Source: Phoronis australis
Taxonomy: Eukaryota; Animalia; Phoronida
Length of the DNA stretch: 64,000 nt
Direction: 5' to 3'
NCBI GenBank assembly: GCA_002633005.1
Contig: NMRA01000053.1
Location: forward strand, 62,001 to 126,000
The position numbers and the translations under genes are program-made. Below the pieces are notes generated by a model that made no database searches, had not been told where the DNA came from, and saw nothing but the letters and a program-made list of their open reading frames with translations. The first letter of the stretch is position 1; every line of letters begins with the position of its first letter. Of this stretch, positions 13,663 to 26,686 are shown piece by piece.

Positions 13663-14251
13663 GGTTATCTCATACTTTATTAGTGGCCTCTGTTCTAACT
13701 CGTATGTCATAAAAACTAAGTTTTGTCAACTTGTAAAAGTAAATATTTTCTGAAAGAAAAAAGATCAGGGAATATAAAAATGTTTTTTATTTATTTACCA
13801 TTATTATTTCGTTAATACCTGTATAGGTCAAATTTTCATTTTTAAGAAAGGTACGTTCATTTCAAAATAATCGTTGGGTCGATTTTAATAAAAGCTGTTT
13901 TAAATGAAAACTTCACCGGTTACCTCAAAGACACTGTGAGGAATTTTCAGTTAGTCTTTTGGTTTGGTTTCTTTGACAAATCAACTTGCAAAATATCAGG
14001 TATTTTTTGTAAAAAAAAAAGTCATGTTCATCTTTGCTACATTACGCAAAAACTGCTGAATCTTTTTTCTCGATTCACGGTTTATGTATTGTATTGGAAG
14101 TTCCCTGAGAATGAAGAAATGGTATTTTTCTAGACAAGTGAGATATTGTAAAAATGGCCAGGTCTTTTCTAGCAAAATTGGCTCCTGGGCAAAAATAGTC
14201 AAAATGCTTAAATTTTAAGTAATTAAATTTTCCTAATAAGTAAGATAGTCC
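13663..14251. mobile_element. Kolobok-like non-autonomous element (TTAA target)
   Basis: TTAA|GGTTATCTCATACTTTATTAG ... CTAATAAGTAAGATAGTCC|TTCA; degenerate TIR. Confidence 0.45.
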
Positions 14252-15398
14252 TTCAGTTGTTTTGCCCATAGATAATTGCCAAAATTGTGATTTTTATATC
14301 CCGTTGATTTATAAGAGTAATGTTACAAAAGAATTGTGTTTATGTACTTATTGAAATTTTTATTCAAATGAAATTTGCTCTTTCTGTTGTATACCCCGTT
14401 CATGTATTAGCTAAAACACGTTCTGCGAGCACTTTGTGTGTGAAGATTGTAAGGGTCACTTTTCTGGTAGTTTGAGTTAACATGAGCTTGCTAGCATTTT
14501 TACTTGCACTTAGTAGCCAGACCACTTCGTAGGACACCTGCCTAGGAAAAGAAATGGGTCTTTCTTAATAATGAACAGGGTTAAATTCATGGGATGATAT
14601 TGGAGAAGAATTCCTGACGAGAAAGGAAATCCCCATTCATGAATGTTGAACGCTGTCCGCAGACTGCTTGAGCGCCATCTAGCAGTAGGCATGTTTCAAC
14701 ATGTTGCACCACATTGCGAGAAAATGGCTATTGTGGACCGACTTTCAAGAGACTGCCATTTTCTCTTGGTCCGTGGCACTGATTGTCCTGAATTGTCAAA
14801 CTCTGGTAGGACATTTCGAAAATCAGTCTGACAAAGTTTGCCATTGTAGTATAGGAGACCAAATTTTGGCCAGATTGATGGGCGATAGAGAAATTAAACA
14901 ACTTCTGAAGGGGGGTAGTTCTTTGTGTTGCATCATAGAGTTAACGGCAAAAACATGAGGGGGGAATTCAGCAAATTCTGTATGCCTCATTCCCAGAAAT
15001 AAATCGCCAGATGTCTGGACTAAAGTAAAATAAATCTGACATTCTAAAAATAAATCAGGTCCAGTCCTGATGGCCAATGCTGAACAAAATCTCTGGTTCT
15101 TGTCAAAGCCTTGTTTGTCTTGCTACTGTACTCTCTAATGAAGGAAATAATTTTGTTAACTTAAGAGGGCTGTATCCTCAAATTGTGCCCAGTTGTGTGA
15201 TGTAGCCTCTAATTAAGCTCAGGTCTGCAGTGGTCTGGTTAGTTTAGTTCATTATGGCAGGTAATCTGCACCAATTAAGAGCCAGAGTGCTTGATTAACA
15301 ACCATTGCATGATGAACCCACTTGCCCTACCATATATACCGTAAACATTTGAGTTAACGCCCATGGTCATGAATATGCCCAACGCCTACTTTTGATCA

Positions 15399-16713
15399 TT
15401 TTTATTCACCCACATATTTATTTGTGGTCGCATATTGCCGTCATCTCTGTCTGGCGTCCGCGGCTGTATCTCCTAAACCCCTTGCAGGATCTTATTGAAA
15501 TTTGGCAAGTCTGTTCCTATGGGGTTGACGACAGATGGCGACGAGTTTCGGACTGACCCGAATACCGCTGTGCCCCCTAGTGGCAATTTTAGTTTTTTAC
15601 GTTTACCTCTGTATTTTCAAGGCCCTTAACCAATTTTCGTGAAATTTGGCACATAGGCATCTATTAATAAGTTGACGCTATCCTTCAGTTTTCAGATGGA
15701 TTTGAGGCATTTTGCGCCATCTAGTGGCCATTTTTTCTATTTTCGAGTAGTTTTTTGGCGTCTGCCCCTCTAACAACCAAACCACTCGAAGGATGATTGT
15801 GAAAACTGGCATATATCTTCTTACTATGAAGAAAACAGTTGACGATGATTTTCTGACGACTTTGACTACTGTAGCGCCTCCTAGTGGCAGTTTTGTTTCT
15901 TTTTGCGCCCATGGCTGTATCTCCTAAGTGCTCTACAGGATCTTTATTAAATTAAGCAAATGTATTTATTTATATGAAGTTGACAACAGACGATGGCGAC
16001 TTTCAGACAGATCGGTCTACCGGTGTGCCCCCTAGTGGCAATTGTAGTTTTTTATGTTTACCTTCGTATCTTCAAAGCTCCTCAACGGATTTCCGTAAAA
16101 TTTAGCACATAGACATCTATTAGTGAGGTGACGCTAGCCATTGATCTTCGGATTGATTCAAGGTATTTTGCGCCACCTAGTGGCCATTTTTGTTGTTTTC
16201 GAGTCTGTTTTTTGGCGTCCCTCCCTCTGTCAACCAAACCACTCTAAGGATGATTGTGAAAGTTGGCATGTATGTTCTTTCTATGAAGGGGACGGTTGAC
16301 GAGTAATTTTCAATGACTTCGACTACTGTGGCGCATCCTAGTGGTGGTTTTGTTTTTTTTGCACCCATACTTTTATCTCTGCAGGATTTTTATTAAATTT
16401 AGCTTGTGTATTTATATAAAGTTAACAAGAGAAGACAGTAACTTTTAGACAGATCCCACAAACACTGTGCCCCCTAGTGGCAATTTCTTTTTTTTCATTT
16501 TCCTCTGTTTCTCTGAAGTTCCGCGATGAATTTTAATGAAATTTGGTAAATGGCTTTCTTTTAATGAAACGATGACATCTGTTGGTTTTCAGACGGATTC
16601 GACGTATTTTGCGCCATCTAATGGCCATTTTGATGATACAAATAAACAACTGTAAAAGCATACCATTTGCGATACATTCGTGGGCGCATTTCAACGTTCC
16701 GCGTTGCTCTTGT
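15399..16713 (+). mobile_element. Helentron/DINE-1-like non-autonomous element, family A, with central ~450-bp (3 x ~150-bp) tandem repeats
   Basis: 5' T-run plus cccacatatttat..gtgg hairpin, subterminal IR (ATGCGCCCAC / GTGGGCGCAT), 3' stem-loop caacg(t/c)tccgcgttg then ctcttgt; ggctgtatctcctaa recurs ~450 bp apart. Confidence 0.8.
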
Positions 16714-17686
16714 CAGTATTTACGCACCCTCTGCTTGCCTAGGCATCCACCCGTTCAAGAATTTTCAATTGAGTACCCACTGCACGGACAAGCGCCCATC
16801 TCATCCACAACCTGGTCCAAATTGTGCAGTTGGGTTAGTTTTCAGTCTCGTCATTGTGATGGTTGGCAGTTGGGATTGTCATCAGGGATATTGCATTCCG
16901 TTAGCATCTTCTACAGTGCTTTAAAAATGGTTGTATTGTTAAAGACACCAACAGTTAAAACTACTGTTTTAACACCAAAAATCTCAGCATTTTTTACTTC
17001 GGGAGTGGCAGTCATGCTGAGGTCTTGTGATGTTTTGTCCTACTTTTTCCACGCACGGCATGTACTCAGTGGTATGGGAGCAAACTCAATACGTTATTGA
17101 AACAGCGTATACGATGCCTCGCAAAAGTCTAACTGCAAAAAAAGAGGGAGCTTGCGCTTAGGTTTATCTTGTTTGCAACCTTGGGTTTTGGATGTCAATT
17201 TGAAGGTCATAGATGGCTGGTGTATGGGTAAGTGTTACTGTCAATGTCTTGAAATTTACGATTAAAATGCTCATCTCTATGTTAAGCACTGGCCTCTTGA
17301 TTGCTATGGCTCAGTTTCACTGCTCTGAGCATTAACCAAAATATTTACAGTAAGTTGTATTTGCTACCTCTACTTGTCTGCAGTAACATAACTGGCTGAT
17401 CATCCAGACTTTGAAAAGACTGGCAATTCTAAATAATGACAGGTTTGGCCAAGTGAAAATGATGGCCAACTTCCCGATCAACTAATCAAAAATTAATTAA
17501 CAGTAAGATATTGACAATCTAATGAATAATTTTATTGAAATTTACCGTTAGCTACATTTTTGATAAATATCCACTCATAAATCATTACTGTCAAGTGTTA
17601 CTTGAAATAAGTGTTGAAACTAGTGATAATTAGGAGGGGTGGATGAAACAGCTGTAGAATTCAGTACTCCCATTTTTTAAAATCCA

Positions 17687-19460
17687 TTTTTATGCGCCCA
17701 CATATTTATATACGGGTGCATATTGCCGTCATCTCTGTTTGGGTGTCCGGCATCCGCGGCTGTATCTCCTAAACCCCTTGCAGGATCTTATTGAAATTTG
17801 GCATTTTGCGCTATCTAGTGGCCATTTTTACTATTTTCGAGTCCGTTTTTGGCGTCCGCCCCTCTGTCAACCAAACCACTCTAAGGATGATTGCAAAAAT
17901 TTGCATGTATGTTCTTACTATGAAGCCACTACTGTGGCGCCTCCTAGTGGCAGTTTTGTTTGTTTTTGCACCCATGGCTGTATCTCCTAAACGCTCCACA
18001 AGATCTTTATTGAATGTAGGAAATGTATTTATATGAAGGTGACAACAGACGATGACGACTTTCGGACAGATCAGATTACAGGTGTGCCCCCTAGTGGTAA
18101 TTTTATTTTTTACCGTAAATGTTCGGGTTAACGCCCATGTTCACTTAACAGCCCATCCCCTACTTTAGGTGGATTTTCGATTTAATCGCCCACTGCTCGG
18201 TTAACCTCCCTCTGCGATTTTTGAAGATTTCCAGTTAAGCGCCCACCTCTCGGTTAAGCACCCATCTCCGACTTTTGAAGATTGATGATTACATGCCCAG
18301 TGCTAAGGAAACCCATTTTTAGATAAAAATTTGTGATAATAAAGAGTGCAATGACAGCGTCAGAGACGGTGGTTTGGCAACGTGTATAATAATACAAGTA
18401 ACAAAGTATTGTCCCGAGTCATGGATTTACTTCTAAATGTAATACCTCGAATGCTTTGTCACTTTATTTTCTTCTCATGCTCACAAATTTAAATTTAAGA
18501 ACCACGCCCGCATCTATACCACCATTTTCAGCCACGCTGTCTGCCGCACTGAGTTTCCAAATGCAGTGCACTAGATAAAACATATGTTTGAAATAATCAG
18601 GCCAGAGAAATGCCGTGACTGGTTTTGAAAATTGGCTTGTATGTTCTTACTATGAAGAGGACGGTTGGCGATGATTTTCGGACGACTTCGACTACTATGG
18701 CGCCTCCTAGTAGCAGTTATGTTTGTTTTGCGCCCATGGCTGTATCTCCTAAACGCTCTACAGGATCTTTATTAAATGTAGCAAATGTGTTTATATGAAG
18801 TTAACAATATAAGATGATAATTTCATTTTTTCTGTTTTCCTCTGTTTCTCTGAAGTTCCTCTATGAATTTTCATGAAATTTGTAAAATAGCTTTGTTTTA
18901 AAGAAACGGTGACATTTTCCGGTTTTCAGATAGATTCGACATATTTTGCGCCATCAGGTGGCCTTTTTTACCGTTTTTACTCCGTTTTTGCCGTCCGCCC
19001 TCTGTCAACCTAACTGTTCTTAGGATGATTGTGAAAATTGTGTTATATATTGTTAGTGTGAAGAGGACAGTTGACAATGATTTTCCGGCTTCAATTACTG
19101 TGGTGCCTTCTCGTGGCATTTTTTGTGCCCTTAACTGTATGTCCTAAGCCCTCTGCAGAATGTTTATTAAATTTAACAAGTGTATTTATGTGACATTGAC
19201 AACGGAAGACAACAACTTTCAGACGGATCCAATGAACCTTTGTCCCCTAGCAGCCATTTCATTTTTTCCGTTTTGATAGTTTTGTGACGGATTTTCATGA
19301 AATGTGGTAAATAGCTTTCTTTTAAAAACGGTGAATTTTTCCAGTTTTTTGATGGATTCGAAATATTTTGCTCTATCTAATGGCCATTTTTATGATACAA
19401 ATAACACTAGAAGCACACCATTTGGAGTGCATTGGTGGGCTCATGTCAACGCTGCTTTGT
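17687..19460 (+). mobile_element. Helentron-like family A copy, interrupted by a Tc2-like fragment
   Basis: tttttatgcgcccacatatttata start; same internal units; interrupted at ~18113-18620. Confidence 0.75.
18113..18620. mobile_element. Tc2-like MITE family 2, left-end fragment
   Basis: ta|ccgtaaatgttcgggttaacgccc; reverse-complement homology to 59160-59360; a shorter end fragment occurs at 15339-15395. Confidence 0.75.
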
Positions 19461-22147
19461 TTAAAATGGTGTTCAATGTCTTGCTCTTTTGAGAACTTAG
19501 GATTTCATCATTGGACAGGCTTCCTAAACATTTCCTGTGCATTCTTTTGAAATATTGGTTACAAATGAAATTTATTGGGTTGTCTGTCTTTCTTGTTGCA
19601 TTTCTAGGAAAGGTTTTAAGTGGTGGATCCATTTCTCAACCCATTTTCTTAATGTCTTTTTAAATAAAGTAACAAGATCTTCACTGATTAATACTGTGAG
19701 TTTCCTGGATAATGTTGACACCTCAGGAAGTGCCAGTATAATTTGGTGTGTCAGAAATTGTCAAACTATTGTAAAAGGGATCAGATAATCATTGCATCTT
19801 TTGATTTTAACCACCTTCTTTCCCATTTTGGTTGTGACTGGGTTCCTCCATAACAGATGGTTTTTTGATTTCTGCCAGCTTCTCAGCACAACAAGTGTTT
19901 AGCTTGTGTGACATTGGAGCCATTAACTCTTGAGTGGGAGAGATTAACCCCTTTGATGGGCTGTTGTGTTTATAAACACTGCCAGGCAATGACTTGCTCC
20001 CCGCTAATTCTTGGTTACATGTTGCAACTCTCTTGATAGTTGCCAGGTTCATTCGTCCCAGACTGGAGAAAGTGTAGTTTTGTGCAAGTCAACTGATCTC
20101 CAGTTGTTGGGAGCGGAAGGAGTACTAAACCTGACATAATTTAATTAACCAAGGTTGCTGTGGTTGTGTTGTTTTTTGCCAAACATTGTTTGCAATCCAC
20201 TTCAGTGTCAAGTGGGGTCGGAACTAGTGGTTCACACCAGCAGACTAGTTTCTGGTAAAGTTGATGTGATCACTGGTCAAGTAGTTTGTTCTTCAGTAGT
20301 GGAGTCATGCTGTTTGGGATATGGACGCTGATTGTGCTTGAGGCTTTGATGAGATATTTTTCAGTTTTTTTGAAGAAGGGTGTTTTGCCAGAACAGTTGA
20401 GATGTTCTACCACTCTTGGATACCACTCCCGGATAACGTATTGTTGAGGATTTTCTTTCACACTTTGTGAGGATTTGTGTTATCTGTTATGATTCTTAGC
20501 TGCTCTTGAGACAAATTCAACTGTTCATCCAATCAAACTTTGTAAAGATTTGAGTGATATTGTGAAGCTATGATTGTGGGGAAGATGAAAAGAGATGGGT
20601 TAAAATTTTGTACGGTCAACAGCCGCAGTGCCAAGATATTTGCGCTAATTATGAAGAGAAAGTGGAAAAATACTGTTAAGAAACAAAAGGCAGTAAACGT
20701 GTGCGAAGAACGGCATTCAGTCATTGAAGGATTTATTGATTTTGAAGGCAGGTGCTCTTCCATTGACCAGTTTCCCGGTCTTGGTCCCCTCTTCTGTAAG
20801 TATTTTTTTGTGTCACACATCCTATTAATGAGAAGTGAAGATGTAATTTAACAAAAATTAGAGAAGTTGTCTTTTTTTTCTATGGTACTTGTTCAGCCAT
20901 CTTCATTTTTTTGCTAGTAGTTCAGCTGATAATGGTTACTAGTTGGAGAAATGGGTATGTGTCATGGTGTCTAGTGGCAAATACAGTATCAACGTCCATG
21001 GGTCGAATGGGCTTCAGAGGGTTGGCAGAAGCCTAAGAATGGAAAATATTGCAAGGGGTCAACTGGGGACTACAATCCCTGGAAATTCTGTGTTTTTTTT
21101 CCTAATCGGTTATGTTTAAACACATCATTGAGCTTGTTGAGTTCTTAGAAATTTAGGTTGACATATCAGTTTATAGACCCCCAGCCTGCCTGGCTCCTTC
21201 CCTGCCTCCCTCCTCCTCTGTCATTCCCTCTGTATCTCTTGCTCCCTGTCTTTCTTAGCCTCCTATGGAAGGTACTTGTCATTTGGTGAACACAATTCAG
21301 ATCAGTAAATCTAATTTGTGGTTTTATGAGTAGCATTCCTTGAGACTGTTCTGTAACTGGATTAGTCATGACCATTTTCTCCTCTGTTGTTCCTCTGGCT
21401 TTTGTGGTCAAAAAGAAAACAGATAGTTCTGGTCTGCGCTCCACCTCATTTTAACATTTGCACCCCACTACTTTACCTGCATCGAAGGTCTTAAAAATTT
21501 TTTCAAGAGCCATTCTGATGCATTCAAGCAAGGTTTTAAACACTGGCTTGCTTAAAAGTAGCTACAGTCAACTCATGATTGACCGTTGATGACTCGTCTC
21601 GTTTGCGTGAGTGGCCTCCGCACCACTTTTCCTCATCTAGGGTAGTTTGCAAATTGAAACTGCAAAATGGCTCACAACCACATCAATCTTCAAAAAGGTG
21701 ATCAGAATCAAGTAACGTTATATTTTAGTGTCCTTTTTTTCTCGTTGAATTCTTCCAGACCTATGACCTTGGGCAATATATATTGAAATAGCATTAATAT
21801 GTTTAAAACTAGAATTATATGTCATCAGGGTAATGGTCATGTGCCTTCGTCAGAGCACCTTCTGTGACATGTGGCTTTACAAACACAGTGAGGTAGTCAA
21901 GGCGATGACCAAGGGATGTTGCTTTAGTGGTTCTTTCCATTGTCAATTATGAAATTTATCACATTGCTGAGGGAGCCTCAAATTACTGCAGTGAAATACA
22001 GTAAAGATTCCAAAACTAAAACTAATGGGTGAGAATTTGTCCTTTCCTGTGAATTAGCCATGTTTAAGTAGAGTTTCCATTCTCTCTTGGTAGTATTTCC
22101 TGTTTCATGTATCAATCTCAATGTCTGCTAAACTCTCCATTTTACAG

Positions 22148-22164
22148 GATGCTCAGTCTCAGTG
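22148..22164 (+). CDS. Candidate 17-nt micro-exon carrying the ADAR start codon (G ATG CTC AGT CTC AGT G; MLSLS)
   Basis: Acceptor gctaaactctccattttacag|, donor |gtaact. Ends in phase 1, as required by the 28738 exon (G+TT = Val). No transcript evidence available. Confidence 0.4.
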
Positions 22165-23799
22165 GTAACTGTCAGACTTCTCTGTTTATTGAAATGCAAC
22201 TCTCTGTTGGTTTTGTTAAAGCAGCCGCCATATTTAATTTCATTTAGTCTTTATGTTGTGCTTGAAAAAAAAATGGGAGATAGTTTACTGTATCCTAAGG
22301 CCACATGACTCCTACGCCATGTTGGGCTCAGGGTTTTTGATGTGCATTTTACTCTTGGTTATTTGATGGGCTGTTACACTAACGCTAACCCTGTCCTATG
22401 GCTAACTCTGTCATCATATGAGTGGTGAAAACACTGACATTTTACTTAATCAGTTTGCCAGCAGTTAATTAGTTTCTTCACCACCCAAATCGCTTTTAAA
22501 TCAAAAATTGATGTCAAAAGTTGAATGCCATAAATCGAGTAATGCGGGAGATAAACACATTTGTGTCCTTTGGAGTAAGCAGTCTAGCTACAAAAGTGGT
22601 TGTGGAAGTGTTGATTTGGAGTAGGTAACTCATAACAACCAGCAAAGCACCTGCGAAAGTGGCACCTGCAGCCATTCATATTGCTAGTGTTTTCACTTCT
22701 TGTGTAAGAGTGTAACGGCCAGTTTGTAATTGAAGCTCTCAGATTGTTAGTTCATATTGAGGACTGATGAGCGAATCATCAGTCACCTTTGCGTTAAAAT
22801 CAATACACTCTTCTTTGGTGTGTTTTACAGTTTTCTAAAACAGGAGGTGGGTGACTATTTTGGGAGTTTTGACACGAGAATGTTGGTAAAATTTGATCTG
22901 TTTCCAGCTTCCTCGATTTGTGTTATCACGTTAAACTTAATGTATGCTTCTTTTTCAGCATCAGAGATCTGTAAAGCTGTCCTTATCATTAAAAGTGTTC
23001 ACTCAAAGATGAACATAATTGCTAAAACTATGGAAAGAATAGAGAGAAATAATCCCAAATGAAACAAGTATTGCTGTTACTATTTCATTATATTTAAAAG
23101 TTAAAAGTGCCACTCAATTGAAATTGAAAGTTATCAGTGATTTTTTGATACATAACAAGACATGATATCAAAAACTAAAATTAGTGGCAGCATAAATATT
23201 AAAGAATAAAAAGTAGAATTTGCATAAAATGTTACCAACAACTAGAACATGTACGAGAATGAAAATAGAAATGTAAACGGATAAGTTTAAAACTACCATA
23301 AACGTAATTTAGTATAACAAACCACTGGTGCCGGTTACCCGAATAATGGGGGCTTCATCTTCGAATTATTTTTACTGACGCAGGTACGTGTATGGACTCT
23401 TCTGTACGGATTCATTAGTAGTGTTAGTATTTTTTAAAATTAAAATCTTAAGTACTTGTTTTTGAGTAATGCCTTTGCGGTAACTTGATTGACGACTGGC
23501 TTATGTCAGCCTACCTCCGCCGAGCGAACAAAATAAAACGGCCGCAGAACCTTACGATGAAAATGTCATTGAATCACGGAGTCTCGAATATAAACATCCC
23601 AAACACAAAAAACACCTGACTTAGTTTTTCAAACTTTAATTACAAATAATTTAAAACTGCTCTCTAACTCAGAACTTGGCAACTGACACGTGACTCTGCT
23701 GTGACCTATGCAGCACGAGAAGCTTGCATGCGCGCTCTTTGCACTGTCACCACGTCAGTGAGGATAGTTGCAATCCAAGTGGAGCATAGTCTCTGGTCG

Positions 23800-24198
23800 T
23801 CTGCGCTCTACAGGTACAGCTCTAACAAGATCGCAGAACGGCACAGGCTATTACTCAGCAATTTTGTAAATCTAACTGAAACGATTAATCTGAGGGCAAC
23901 AGAACCTTTATTGGGATCATCCGCTGTTATGACATTTTTACCGTCATTTGGCAACGTGGCGATAAAGCTTGGAAAAGTGCTACGCGTTCCAGCTACGTGT
24001 GAGGACTGGGATCATGAAGTAAGATTAACCGCCCCCCCCCAGTTGTCTGTCATAATAAGCGCCCATGTTCGGTTAACCACCCACCCGTGATTTCTTGAAA
24101 TTTCACGCTTAAGCTCCCATGCCTGGTTAACCACCTGCTCCCTGATTTTTTGGGTTTGCCAATTTAACTACCCAGGGTGTTAACCCGAACGTTTACAG
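23800..24198. mobile_element. Tc2-like MITE family 2, right-end fragment (left boundary uncertain)
   Basis: gggtgttaacccgaacgtttacag|ta; reverse-complement homology to 57802-58150. Confidence 0.75.
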
Positions 24199-25529
24199 TA
24201 AGTAATATCGTAAAAGGCACCATAGCTAAAACAGATTAAATTAAAATATACCATTTAAGTATCACTAAGTGGCTAAGTTTTTTTCCTGGACTTTTGAATC
24301 ATTTTGGATGTTCAATTGCACTGCAGTTGGTTTCAAAGGAAGGGACCAGAATATGAAAAATACCTTTTACCTGACTTTGATTTATCTATGAATCTGTGAC
24401 ACAATGAATTTATTAGTTAGCTGACCTTGTATGATAAGAAGATGACTATAGCTGAAAAGGGACTTTCAGATAATCTGGGGCTTTACTGTATATGCTATGT
24501 TGTTCTAGGCTGAGTATTTTGAATCTTACATGAAATTTAGCTGGTAGCAAGTGCAGTTGTTTAAGGTATTCTGTACCACGGCTATAGTTTCCTAAGACAG
24601 AAGGTGGTCCTAATGTTTTTCTCTTCAAAGTGGTCATAATTGTTTTGTTTTTTCTTTGTTTTTTGTTACTGAATTCTGTAAACTTTTGTGGGTCACGGTC
24701 GGATTTGCAAAACTGGTCTTGATAGATTATTCAAATCTTCAACTTATGTGAAGATCCTGGATGTGCAATCCAGTGAGATGTCTTGTTTCTCTTGAATTTT
24801 TTCCAAGTGACATTTGGTAGTGTGTTGTGGTAACTTGTGGGTTTTTTATGTGTCTAGAATTCCAGACGTTGGAACATGTTTTCCTGTGGCCAGGAGTGGT
24901 GTTTTCATGATATATTTATTGTTTCTTTACACATTCCATCCCCTTGGAACTTGGTTTCTATTGGAGTGTGACTGTGTTTAGAAACAGAAGCCTGTCTGTG
25001 GGGGATTATTGTTTCCTGCTATTAAAATAAGTGCTGTTTAAACTGCCTCTAAATTAGGGTGATACCTTTTTCTTTTATGCCATTGGTAGGAATGGGGTTC
25101 TCCTGGGCAAAAATCCAGATATTGCTCCATGTTTTACTATTGAATTTTGCTTTCAGCAAATTCACAAAAAGAACTATTGCACGGTTACATACTGTTTTCA
25201 CCTGCAGCAATATCATTTTTCAACAAAAGAATAAAAATAGGCTCTAGCAGCTGGCCTTTATCCAGGATTTCGAAAATAGGGTGTCCAAAATGGGTCCCAA
25301 TATCCCAGGGCATCCATGATTCCGACGCGTAACCCCCACCCCCAGCAATCCCCAAAACACACAAGATTTTTTTATAAAAAATGCATAGACCAAGGTTTTT
25401 ACATCTAAGTTTACAAAACAGCCTTCTGTAGTGAGCATTTTTACTAAAAAAATGTAGACCAAGACTTTTACAATGCTATCAACCAAGTGTGAGCATAGCA
25501 TCATTGTATATAATTTGTATATACATTGG

Positions 25530-26686
25530 TATGCGCCCACATATTTATATGTGGACGCATTATGCCGTCATCTCTGTCCGTCCGTCCGTCCGGGCGGCGT
25601 CCGTCCGGCGTCCGCTGCTCTATCTCCAAANNNNNNNNNNNNNNNNNNNNNNNNNNNNNNNNNNNNNNNNNNNNNNNNNNNNNNNNNNNNNNNNNNNNNN
25701 NNNNNNNNNNNNNNNNNNNNNNNNNNNNNNNNNNNNNNNNNNNNNNNNNNNNNNNNNNNNNNNNNNNNNNNNNNNNNNNNNNNNNNNNNNNNNNNNNNNN
25801 NNNNNNNNNNNNNNNNNNNNNNNNNNNNNNNNNNNNNNNNNNNNNNNNNNNNNNNNNNNNNNNNNNNNNNNNNNNNNNNNNNNNNNNNNNNNNNNNNNNN
25901 NNNNNNNNNNNNNNNNNNNNNNNNNNNNNNNNNNNNNNNNNNNNNNNNNNNNNNNNNNNNNNNNNNNNNNNNNNNNNNNNNNNNNNNNNNNNNNNNNNNN
26001 NNNNNNNNNNNNNNNNNNNNNNNNNNNNNNNNNNNNNNNNNNNNNNNNNNNNNNNNNNNNNNNNNNNNNNNNNNNNNNNNNNNNNNNNNNNNNNNNNNNN
26101 NNNNNNNNNNNNNNNNNNNNNNNNNNNNNNNNNNNNNNNNNNNNNNNNNNNNNNNNNNNNNNNNNNNNNNNNNNNNNNNNNNNNNNNNNNNNNNNNNNNN
26201 NNNNNNNNNNNNNNNNNNNNNNNNNNNNNNNNNNNNNNNNNNNNNNNNNNNNNNNNNNNNNNNNNNNNNNNNNNNNNNNNNNNNNNNNNNNNNNNNNNNN
26301 NNNNNNNNNNNNNNNNNNNNNNNNNNNNNNNNNNNNNNNNNNNNNNNNNNNNNNNNNNNNNNNNNNNNNNNNNNNNNNNNNNNNNNNNNNNNNNNNNNNN
26401 NNNNNNNNNNNNNNNNNNNNNNNNNNNNNNNNNNNNGTATGTTGGTAAATTTGTTTTTAATTCTATGTTTCTGTGGTGCTTTAAGCAACTGGTGTATAGG
26501 ATGTGCTTGTATTATGAAGATTACTCACATTTTGCCCCTAGCCTATTGAGGAGACAATGACCATGCCTTTCCATTTTGCAAAGTATGCCCTCTACTGGCC
26601 ACTTTATGGTACCAATAAACAACCCTAGAAGGATACCGTATGCGGTGCAATTGTGGGCGCATTTCAACGCTCCGCGTTGCTCTTGT
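25530..26686 (+). mobile_element. Helentron-like family A copy (spans gap), inserted in a hAT MITE
   Basis: tatgcgcccacatatttatatgtggacgcat, (CCGT)n microsatellite, 3' gtgggcgcatttcaacgctccgcgttgctcttgt. Confidence 0.8.
25631..26436. other. Assembly gap (N run) inside a Helentron-like repeat
   Basis: Run of N. Confidence 1.

Noticed and set aside
16582-17100. 172-aa ORF
   Set aside because: Starts inside a Helentron-like repeat end, has no recognisable domain and non-coding-like composition.
19460-20480. Possible decayed retroelement coding sequence on the - strand
   Set aside because: Short interrupted ORFs with no RT, endonuclease or integrase motif recognisable by eye; would need tblastx.
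25473-26560. Long ORFs of 306-358 aa
   Set aside because: Artefacts of translating through the N gap.
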